Source: Delftia acidovorans NBRC 14950 (lineage in GTDB: Bacteria; Pseudomonadota; Gammaproteobacteria; Burkholderiales; Burkholderiaceae_C). From it: a stretch of DNA of 32,000 nucleotides. The position numbers were made by a program, and so were the translations under genes. The notes beneath the pieces are model-generated. The model searched no databases. It saw only the letters and a program-made list of their open reading frames with translations, and was not told where the DNA came from. Shown here in pieces: positions 15,137 to 21,995 of this stretch. Numbering within the stretch: position 1 is the stretch's first letter; every line of letters begins with the position of its first letter. Where the stretch lies: positions 119,288 through 151,287 of the forward strand of contig NZ_BCZP01000015.1 in NCBI RefSeq assembly GCF_001598795.1, read 5' to 3'.

Positions 15137-15454
15137 TCAACCCCCGGGGTCCGGATCACATGCCGGCCCCGGCGTCGCCTTGCGCGCCTGCACGGTCTGC
15201 AACGTGCCCCGCAGCGCACGCTGCTGCGCGGTCAGGAAGCTCATCAGCCCGCCCAGGTCACTCAGTTGTTGGTCTGGGCCGGCCATGCAGCACAGGTCGA
15301 TCACCAGGCCCATCTGGTGCATGCAGTCCTTGATGCGATAGACCTCGTATTCGGAAATGGGGTAGTACAGGCCGGTCTCTTCCCTCGGCACTTGCGGGGA
15401 AGAGAAGAAAGGCGGGGAGGCGTGTGCTCCGCTGAGTGCATCGAGGTCAGACAT
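15137..15454 (-). CDS. Hypothetical small protein (105 aa)
   Basis: Only the last 105 codons of ORF 15137..16384 are used. ATG 15454 has AAGGAG at a 6-nt spacing. G/C-ending codons dominate. The sequence is MSDLDALSGAHASPPFFSSPQVPREETGLYYPISEYEVYRIKDCMHQMGLVIDLCCMAGPDQQLSDLGGLMSFLTAQQRALRGTLQTV... I cannot name a family with confidence. Confidence 0.55.
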   Translation of the reverse strand: MSDLDALSGAHASPPFFSSPQVPREETGLYYPISEYEVYRIKDCMHQMGLVIDLCCMAGPDQQLSDLGGLMSFLTAQQRALRGTLQTVQARKATPGPACDPDPGG

Positions 15455-15476
15455 GGCGGCTCCTTTGGCATGAACT

Positions 15477-15527
15477 GGCACCCCCTTGCGGAGGTCCCGC
15501 ACAGCCCCGCCAAAAACGGAACCGTGC
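15477..15527. repeat. 50-nt direct repeat, copy 1
   Basis: GGCACCCCCTTGCGGAGGTCCCGCACAGCCCCGCCAAAAACGGAACCGTGC. It differs from the copy at 15755-15804 by 3 substitutions and 1 indel. Confidence 0.85.
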
Positions 15528-15754
15528 CCGGCGCAGCACCGGGAAGATGAAAAAGCCGCTGCCTCATCAAAAGGCGTGCGGCTGCTGCGCCTACGTTGTT
15601 CCGGGCCGCCAAGCCCGTATCCCCGAAGGGATCGTGAAATGGTACTCCAAATGCGCGCCGCAGGCCGGGTTGCAATGTGGTCAACGCTATGCTGAGCTTG
15701 CCGCCGCCAACGGGTGGCAGGGCTGTGCAGGTTGGCGGGCCGGGCAAAGGAGCC

Positions 15755-15804
15755 GGCACCCCCTTGCGGAGGTCCTGCACAGCCCCGCCGAAACGGAACC
15801 ATGC
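15755..15804. repeat. 50-nt direct repeat, copy 2
   Basis: GGCACCCCCTTGCGGAGGTCCTGCACAGCCCCGCCGAAACGGAACCATGC. It lies just past the stop codon of the Moco-fold gene. Confidence 0.85.
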
Positions 15805-15816
15805 GCGGCCTTGGGG

Positions 15817-16461
15817 TCAGCCCTGCGGCTGCTGCGCGTGCAGCCCCATGTGGTACAGCCCCCAGGGCGCCTGCGCAAAGCGTTCCTTCAGGGGCTTGCC
15901 TGCCAGCTCCGCAATGCGGTCGGCGTCGTACATGGCCCATTGCGGGCCCAGGCCGCCCAGGCCCAGGCGCCGGCCGTCCATGTGCGTGGCCAGCAGCATG
16001 CGCCATTGCAGGGCCTGGGCCAGCGGCAGCTGGGCGCGGTAGCCGTCGATGGCCTGCAGGGTGATCCACTGGCCCTTGGCCGCTGCGGCGGCGCTGTCCA
16101 CTCCGGCCGCCTGCAGCACGGTGGCCAGCAGCGGGCCGCGCAGCCGGTGGGGCTGGCCGTCGTATTCGATATGGGGCGTGATCTCCACCGTGGGCAGGCG
16201 CTCCAGCGCACCGGCCCCTGTGGTCCAGGCCGAGTCGAAGGCCAGGCCATGGTTTTTCAGCAGCAGGTCGGCCACCGGGTCCAGCGGCCCCCGGTTGCCG
16301 CGCACGCCGGGGCCGCTGATGGTGAGCACGGCGGCTTCGGTGCTTTTCCCGGGGGCGGCGGGGGCGGCCAGGGCGCTTTCGCACAGGGCCAGGCCGGTGG
16401 CTGCGCTGGCGGCCAGCAGGCTGCGGCGTGAAAGCGGGCTCCGGCTTGCGGATGCGGTCAT
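15817..16461 (-). CDS. Tat-exported periplasmic protein with a molybdopterin-oxidoreductase (YedY/SUOX-like) fold
   Basis: The twin-arginine signal is MTASASRSPLSRRSLLAASAATGLALCESALA. The body is VLTISG...RLPTVEITP...LRGPLLATVLQAAGV...LQAIDGYRAQLP...MLLATHMDGRRL...GPQWAMYDAD. It matches my recollection of the small Oxidored_molyb-like family. The start ATG overlaps the upstream stop as ATGA, and AGGAG lies 6 nt upstream. Confidence 0.75.
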   Translation of the reverse strand: MTASASRSPLSRRSLLAASAATGLALCESALAAPAAPGKSTEAAVLTISGPGVRGNRGPLDPVADLLLKNHGLAFDSAWTTGAGALERLPTVEITPHIEYDGQPHRLRGPLLATVLQAAGVDSAAAAAKGQWITLQAIDGYRAQLPLAQALQWRMLLATHMDGRRLGLGGLGPQWAMYDADRIAELAGKPLKERFAQAPWGLYHMGLHAQQPQG

Positions 16462-19070
16462 GAGGAACTCCTGGGGGTGCGTGGCGATCTGCCAGCGCCG
16501 ATTTTCCGTGAAGTGCCCATCCTGCGCGACAACGCCGCGCCCGCTGCGGTCAGCAGGCCCAGCAGCGCAAGCCCCCCGGCGCCCAGCGCTGGAATGGGCG
16601 CCGCAGCGACTGCCGTGACGGTCACGGTGTTGCTGTCCGAGCCGGAGGTATTGCCATCACCGGGCACATAGCGCGCCCGCACCGTGGCCGTGCCCGGTGG
16701 CAGCCGGGGCACGCTGCAGCTGGCCTGCCCGCCGGTCACCGGAACGCTGGCGCACAGCACCTGCGTTCCGTTCAAGAAATCCACGGTGCCGCTGGCGCCG
16801 GCAGGCAGCGTGACCTGGGCGCTGAAAGTCACGCTCTGGCCATGGCCTGGCGCAGTGGGGGAGGCCGACAGGTGGGCGCTGGTGGCTGCCGGGCCAATCA
16901 CCACGGTCACGGCTGCGGGTTCGGTGGTGGCGCCGTTGGCATCGGTGGCAGTCAGCGTGAAGCTGTAGCTGCCTGCCGCCTGCGTGGCTGGGGCCGAGAG
17001 GGTGCCGGCGGCCTGGCTGAAGCCTGCGGGCAAACTGCCCACGCTGTAGCTGAACGGCCCCACGCCGCCGCCGGGCACGGGCGCCAGCGGCTGGCTGTAG
17101 GCCGTGCCGTAGGTGCCGGAGGGCAGGCTTGCCGTGACGCTGAAGGCCGTGAAGCTGGCCTGTACGCTCCTGGCTGCATCGATGGTGACGCTGCAGGTGG
17201 ACGTGCTGCCGCTGCAGGCATCACCCCAGGTGGCAAAGGCATGGCCAGCGTCGGGCGTGGCGGCCAGGGTCACCAGGGTGGGCGCGCCTTCGAAGTAGCC
17301 ATAGCCGGCCTGGCACAGGCCGCCTGGGCGGCCGCAGTCCTGTACGGCACCCGTGGCCGCAGGCGGGGAGGCCTGCGCCGATACGCCGCCCGCGCCGCTG
17401 GCCAGCACGGTCAATGCCGTCTGGAAGACGTTCGCCTCCACGGCGCCGATGTCGCACCGCGCACCCTGGGGCCTGACCACGCCGCGCTGGTCCGTGCCGG
17501 GTGCGGCCGTGCAGGCCACCCCGTCCAGTGCCGGGCTGCCGGTGCCGTTCAACATGGTCTGGGTAGGGCCGCCGTGGCTGGCCAGGGGGCCGAGCTGCGG
17601 GTTGCCCGTGGTGAAGGCCAGGGCGCTGATGTCGGCATTGTTCAGGGCCTGCGCCAGGCCCAGCAGATTGTTGCTGCCGCTGGCATCGCTGGTGCCGCCA
17701 TTGCGCAGGTCCAGCACCACGTCCCTGCCAGCGGGCTGTTTGGTGGCCGGCTCGAACACGCTGCCCTGGGCAATGCTGGCCTGCATCTCCAGCGAGGCTC
17801 CGCTGCGGGTGCAACTGATGTTGCCACCCGCACTGCAGGCGGCCTGGGAATCGCCCAGGCTGTAGATGGCGCCGCCTTGCGCGGCCGGGTTGTCGTCGCC
17901 ATTGGCCTGCACGGTATTGCCGGCCAGGGTGGAGAAACGGATGGTGAGCACGCCGTTGTAGTTGAAAACGGCGCCACCCAGGCCGGCGCCGCCGCCGCTG
18001 CTGTTGCCCAGCCCACCGTGTGCACCGTTGCCAGCGAGGGTGACCTGGTTCAGCGTCAAGGTGCCTGCGTTGTTGAAAATGGCCCCTCCCATGCCGCCTG
18101 CGCCACCGCCAGCGTCGAAGGCGCCGCCGCCACCGTTGCCGGCGCCGAAGCCGCCACCGCTGCCACGACGGCCACCACCACCGCCAAATCCGCCACCGCC
18201 GGAGCCGCCGCCGCCGCCACCGAAGCCGCCGTTCTTGCCGCTGGCGCTGCCACTGCCACCGCCCAGGCCGCCATCGTCCGGGCCGCCAGCGTTCGGCCGT
18301 CCCCCCGGGGACAAAGTCCCATCCTCGCCCACGCCGGCACCTGCAAAAGAGTTCAAGGAAAGCCTGCCTCCTTGCCCCCCTTGTGCGTGATTGCGCGTGA
18401 GCGTGCTGCGTTCGATGGTGAGTTGGCCCCGATTGAAGATGGCACCGCCCGCACCCAGCGCGCCGCCGCCAAAGCGGCTGGAGCCGCCTGTGGCCTGCCC
18501 CCCGGCCAGGGTCAGGCCGCGCAGGACCAGTCCACCCTGCGCATCGATGTCGAACAGCCGGAAACCGGGTGCGGTCCCGAGGCGCTGCACGCTCACGCCC
18601 TGGGGCGTCAGGCCATTCGCGGTGGCGTCGACGGTGATGCGCTTGCCGCTGATGAAGAAGGCGCTGGGGCCGAACTGCGAGACGTAGCCGGGCCAGCTGG
18701 CCAGCGGCAGGCAGGTGGCGCCGGCGGCCTGCCCGGTGTCCAGGCAGTTGGTAAAGCGGGTCAGCGAGATGGTCTGCCCATCCAGGGCCGCGCCGAAGAC
18801 GATGGTGTCGCCATCGGCGGCATGGTTGATGGCGTCGCGCAGGGTGTCGCAGTTGCGGTCGCCTGCGGCAGGCGAGCATTGCGCACGAGACAGCGGCTCG
18901 GTGTCTGCAATCTCGCCGGCGGTGGTGACGGTGAGTGTGGCGGCCTGGGCCGCGGCGCCGGCAAGGGCCAGTGCCAACCCGCCCGCCAGGCCCGGCAATG
19001 TCCGGCCCCAGGGGCTAGGCGTGGGTATGGGTGGTACGTCGGCTGCAGCAGACGGGTGGATGATGGACAT
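16458..19070 (-). CDS. Large secreted beta-helix / Pmp-repeat protein (choice-of-anchor-Q-like) with Ig-like domains and an IPTL-CTERM-like tail
   Basis: ORF 16458..19097; the preferred start is ATG 19070 (GAGGGGG upstream, then an LAGGLALALAGAAAQA signal). It has repeated GGA(I/V)(F/Y)N motifs, a Gly-rich tract and the motif DQRGVVRPQGARCDIGAVE. Next come an InlB-B-repeat-like segment (TLVTLAATPDAGHAFATWGDACSG), a He_PIG-like segment and a Big_3-like segment. The C-terminus is PIPALGAGGLALLGLLTAAGAALSRR. Confidence 0.85.
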   Translation of the reverse strand: MSIIHPSAAADVPPIPTPSPWGRTLPGLAGGLALALAGAAAQAATLTVTTAGEIADTEPLSRAQCSPAAGDRNCDTLRDAINHAADGDTIVFGAALDGQTISLTRFTNCLDTGQAAGATCLPLASWPGYVSQFGPSAFFISGKRITVDATANGLTPQGVSVQRLGTAPGFRLFDIDAQGGLVLRGLTLAGGQATGGSSRFGGGALGAGGAIFNRGQLTIERSTLTRNHAQGGQGGRLSLNSFAGAGVGEDGTLSPGGRPNAGGPDDGGLGGGSGSASGKNGGFGGGGGGSGGGGFGGGGGRRGSGGGFGAGNGGGGAFDAGGGAGGMGGAIFNNAGTLTLNQVTLAGNGAHGGLGNSSGGGAGLGGAVFNYNGVLTIRFSTLAGNTVQANGDDNPAAQGGAIYSLGDSQAACSAGGNISCTRSGASLEMQASIAQGSVFEPATKQPAGRDVVLDLRNGGTSDASGSNNLLGLAQALNNADISALAFTTGNPQLGPLASHGGPTQTMLNGTGSPALDGVACTAAPGTDQRGVVRPQGARCDIGAVEANVFQTALTVLASGAGGVSAQASPPAATGAVQDCGRPGGLCQAGYGYFEGAPTLVTLAATPDAGHAFATWGDACSGSTSTCSVTIDAARSVQASFTAFSVTASLPSGTYGTAYSQPLAPVPGGGVGPFSYSVGSLPAGFSQAAGTLSAPATQAAGSYSFTLTATDANGATTEPAAVTVVIGPAATSAHLSASPTAPGHGQSVTFSAQVTLPAGASGTVDFLNGTQVLCASVPVTGGQASCSVPRLPPGTATVRARYVPGDGNTSGSDSNTVTVTAVAAAPIPALGAGGLALLGLLTAAGAALSRRMGTSRKIGAGRSPRTPRSSS

Positions 19071-19279
19071 GGCGGACCCCCTCGGTAGGCACAGCATCTC
19101 GGTGATGTGCTGAAGAGGGCAAATCTATGGGGTGTCCGGCTTTCTGTATGTCCCCCGTTCGGGCTACATGGCCGATGAGAGGGGCGGGGCCGCCATGCCG
19201 CCCATGTCACCTATCCGGGCGACATGACAGCGGTCTTGTTCCATGTGAACATGCGGCCCTCTCCACGCACTCCACCTCC

Positions 19280-20017
19280 ATGGACACGCACACAGACCCT
19301 TCCTCTGCCGCCGCGACGGGTGGCGCCACAGTCATCCGCGTGGCCGTGGTGGAGGACGATGCCGCCTGCCGCCACGCCCTGGTGGGCGTGATCAATGCTG
19401 CGAAGGACATGGTCCTGTGCTGGGCGGCAGCCAGCCGCGCGGAGGCCCTGCACCAGCTCGGCCGGGCCGATGGGGCCGGTGCCATGGACGTGATGCTGGT
19501 GGACCTGGGCCTGCCCGACGGCAGCGGCCTGGAGGTGATTGCTGCCGTGCGCACCCGCCACCCCGGGGCGGCGGTGATGGTCAGCACCATCTTTGGCGAC
19601 GAGCAGCATGTGCTGGCCGCCATCGAGGCCGGCGCCATGGGCTATCTGCTCAAGGACCTGGCCGCCGACGCGGTGCTGGAGGAAGTGCGCAGCCTGCACG
19701 CGGGCGGCAGCCCCATCAATCCCATGGTGGCGCGCAAGCTGCTGCTGCGCCAGCAGCGGGCCGGGGCGGTGGCCGGGCTGGAACGGCCTGTGGAGCCGCA
19801 GGCCGCCGCGCAGGCGCTGTCTGCGCGCGAGCTGGAGGTGCTGCGCCTGGTGGCGCGCGGCCATACGCTGGACGAGGTGGCGCGCCAGCTGGGCGTGTCG
19901 CGCCATACGGTGCGCACCTTCGTGCGGCGCATCTACGGCAAGCTGCAGGTGTCCAGCCGCACGCAGATGATGCATGTGGCGTTGCAGCGCGGCTGGCTGG
20001 CCGAGGGGCGGCAATGA
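19280..20017 (+). CDS. Two-component response regulator, NarL/LuxR family
   Basis: ORF 19127..20017 trimmed to ATG 19280. The REC domain has VAVVEDD and the acceptor region VMLVDLGLPDGSG, plus YLLKD. The C-terminal LuxR HTH is LSARELEVLRLVARGHTLDEVARQLGVSRHTVRTFVRRIYGKLQV. Confidence 0.9.
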   Translation: MDTHTDPSSAAATGGATVIRVAVVEDDAACRHALVGVINAAKDMVLCWAAASRAEALHQLGRADGAGAMDVMLVDLGLPDGSGLEVIAAVRTRHPGAAVMVSTIFGDEQHVLAAIEAGAMGYLLKDLAADAVLEEVRSLHAGGSPINPMVARKLLLRQQRAGAVAGLERPVEPQAAAQALSARELEVLRLVARGHTLDEVARQLGVSRHTVRTFVRRIYGKLQVSSRTQMMHVALQRGWLAEGRQ

Positions 20018-20036
20018 GCACCGCCAGGGTGGGCAG

Positions 20037-21995
20037 ATGACGCAGCCGCTGCTGCAGGGGAGGGTCTTGCTGGTTTCGGCGGGGCTGGTGGCGCTGGCGA
20101 TGCTGCTGGCGGGGGCGTTCGGGCTGCGTGGCCCCGCCGCAGGCGAAGCGGTGCAACTGCGCCAGGCGCAGCTGTGGCGGTCGGACAGCCCGCACTGGGC
20201 GCCGCCTGCGGCGCTTGCGTCGGCCGACGACGCGGTGCTGGATGCATCGACGCCGTGGAGCGATGTGGACCTGCCCTATGGGGGCGACAGGGCCGTGTCG
20301 GGCAGCGACGACCTGGCCGCGGCGCCGCCAGAGGTGCGCTGGTTCCGCGCCGTGGTGCCGCCTGAAGCCCTGGCGCCCACGCCCCAGGGCGCGCGCCTGT
20401 ATATCCCGCGCTGGCAGACGGTGGGTACGGTGGCGGTGTATGTGGACGGGGCGCTGGCCTGGCAGACGCGCGGCAGCCGGGTGTGGAACAGTTTCAACCG
20501 GCCGGTGTGGCTGGACCTGGGCGGGCTGGCGCAGCCGGGCAGGCCGCTGCAGGTGCATGTGCGCATGGCCAGCCAGCAGGGCGTGGGCGGGGCGCTGTCC
20601 AGCCTGTGGGCGGGGCCGGCCGAGTCGCTGCGCCTGTCCTGGCGGCTGCGCAGCCTGCTCCAGGCCGATCTGGTGGTTTACACGGCGGGCTCCTACCTGG
20701 TGCTGGGCCTGTTCGCGCTGGCGCTGTGGACGCTGCAGCGGCGGCGCGGGGATGTGGTGTTCCTGCTGTTCTTCCTGATGTCGCTGTGCCAGTTGCTGGG
20801 CTCGCTGCAGTTCATGGTGGACGGCGAGGGGCTGGCCCTGTCGGACGGCTGGTTCTCCTGGCTGACGCTGGCCGGCCTCATGGGCGCCACGGTGGCGGCC
20901 TTCCATTTCCTGTGCCTGATGCAGCGCAGGCGCCGGCCCTGGCTGGCCCGGGTGCTGCAGGGCTATGTGGGCACGGTGCTGCTGGTGGCGGTGCCGCTGT
21001 GGGGGCCGGCGCACGAGACCATCCTGCCGCTGCTGCGGCTGCTGATGGTGCCGCCGGAGATCCTGGTGCTGTGCATGGCCGTGGCGGGCGCCTGGCGCAT
21101 GCGCGATGGCGGCAGCACCATGCTGGCGGTGTGGATGCTGCTGTCGTTTCCCATCGGCTTCCATGACCTGGCGCTGCAGAGCTACCTGATCAGCATAGAG
21201 AGCATCTACCTCACGCCCTATGTGTACCTGGGGCTGTTCACGCTGTTCCTGCTGGTGGCCTACCGGCGCTACAACGGCGCGCTGGCCGTGGCAGAGAACG
21301 CCAACCTGCATCTGGCGGAACGGCTCAAGGCCCAGGAGGCGGAGCTGGCCCAGGCCCATGAGCGCCTGCTGGCCGTGGAGCGCGAGCAGACGCTGATGCA
21401 GGAGCGCCAGCGCCTGATGCGCGAGATGCACGACGGCGTGGGCTCCTCGCTGATGAGCGCGCTGCGCGTGGTGGAGTTCAACCAGGCCGGCACGGTGGAC
21501 CTGGTGCAGTTGCTGCAGGAGTGCATCGATGACCTGAAGCTGTCCATCGACTCGCTGGAGCCGCTGGACTGCGACCTGCTGGCGCTGCTGGCCGGGCTGC
21601 GCTACCGGCTGGGGCCGCGCCTGGAGGGGGCAGGGCTGCGGCTGCACTGGGAGGTGAGCGACCTGCCCGCGCTGCCCTGGCTGGACGCGCAGGCCGCCCT
21701 GCATGTGCTGCGCATCCTGCAGGAGGTGCTGACCAACATCATCAAGCACAGCGGCGCGCGCGAGATCACGGTGCGCACGGCCCAGGCCCCGCTGCAAGGC
21801 CGGGCCGGCGTGCAGGTTCTGGTGGAGGACGACGGCCACCCCTTCGACCGCGCCCAGGCACCCACCGAGGGCCGCAAGGGACTGGCGAACATGCGCACGC
21901 GCGCGCTGGCGCTGCAGGCGCGGCTGGACTGGGCGCCGCTGGCCGGCGGCAATCGCTTCACGCTGTGGATGCCGCTGGAGCGGGCAGGGCCCTAG
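20037..21995 (+). CDS. Sensor histidine kinase: 7TMR-DISMED2-like periplasmic domain, 7 TM segments, HisKA_3 and HATPase_c
   Basis: ORF 19974..21995 trimmed to ATG 20037. An N-terminal anchor is followed by a periplasmic domain of about 190 aa (VRWFRAVV...LYIPRWQTVGTVAVYVDG). I count seven hydrophobic segments. A coiled coil follows, then the H-box RQRLMREMHDGVGSSL and the ATPase motifs (LQEVLTNIIKHSGA, VEDDG, GLANMRTRA). Confidence 0.9.
   Translation: MTQPLLQGRVLLVSAGLVALAMLLAGAFGLRGPAAGEAVQLRQAQLWRSDSPHWAPPAALASADDAVLDASTPWSDVDLPYGGDRAVSGSDDLAAAPPEVRWFRAVVPPEALAPTPQGARLYIPRWQTVGTVAVYVDGALAWQTRGSRVWNSFNRPVWLDLGGLAQPGRPLQVHVRMASQQGVGGALSSLWAGPAESLRLSWRLRSLLQADLVVYTAGSYLVLGLFALALWTLQRRRGDVVFLLFFLMSLCQLLGSLQFMVDGEGLALSDGWFSWLTLAGLMGATVAAFHFLCLMQRRRRPWLARVLQGYVGTVLLVAVPLWGPAHETILPLLRLLMVPPEILVLCMAVAGAWRMRDGGSTMLAVWMLLSFPIGFHDLALQSYLISIESIYLTPYVYLGLFTLFLLVAYRRYNGALAVAENANLHLAERLKAQEAELAQAHERLLAVEREQTLMQERQRLMREMHDGVGSSLMSALRVVEFNQAGTVDLVQLLQECIDDLKLSIDSLEPLDCDLLALLAGLRYRLGPRLEGAGLRLHWEVSDLPALPWLDAQAALHVLRILQEVLTNIIKHSGAREITVRTAQAPLQGRAGVQVLVEDDGHPFDRAQAPTEGRKGLANMRTRALALQARLDWAPLAGGNRFTLWMPLERAGP

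Noticed and set aside
15476-15489. Sigma-54-like promoter TGGCAC-CCCC-TTGC inside direct repeat copy 1
   Set aside because: The GG-to-GC spacing is one nucleotide shorter than the strictly conserved TGGCACG-N4-TTGC geometry. The second repeat copy has CGGCAC instead of TGGCAC. No plus-strand gene lies downstream for more than 3.5 kb.
15455-16384. N-terminal 310 codons of the 415-aa minus-strand ORF 15137..16384
   Set aside because: It is out of frame with, and overlaps, the Tat-signal Moco-fold gene. Its translation is Arg/Pro/Gly-rich. It also crosses the repeat-containing spacer. Only the final 105 codons, which have their own strong RBS, are kept.
18090-18290. Tandem triplet repeats, considered as a possible CRISPR-like or VNTR array
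   Set aside because: There are no spacer-repeat units of CRISPR size. The periodicity is 3 nt and in frame with the surface-protein gene, so it is simply a glycine-rich coding tract.
16842-19088. 748-aa plus-strand ORF and the other long ORFs overlapping 16458-19097
   Set aside because: These are antisense or out of frame relative to the giant Gly-rich surface-protein gene. GGN codons read as Pro/Ala runs on the opposite strand. No motifs or signals are present.
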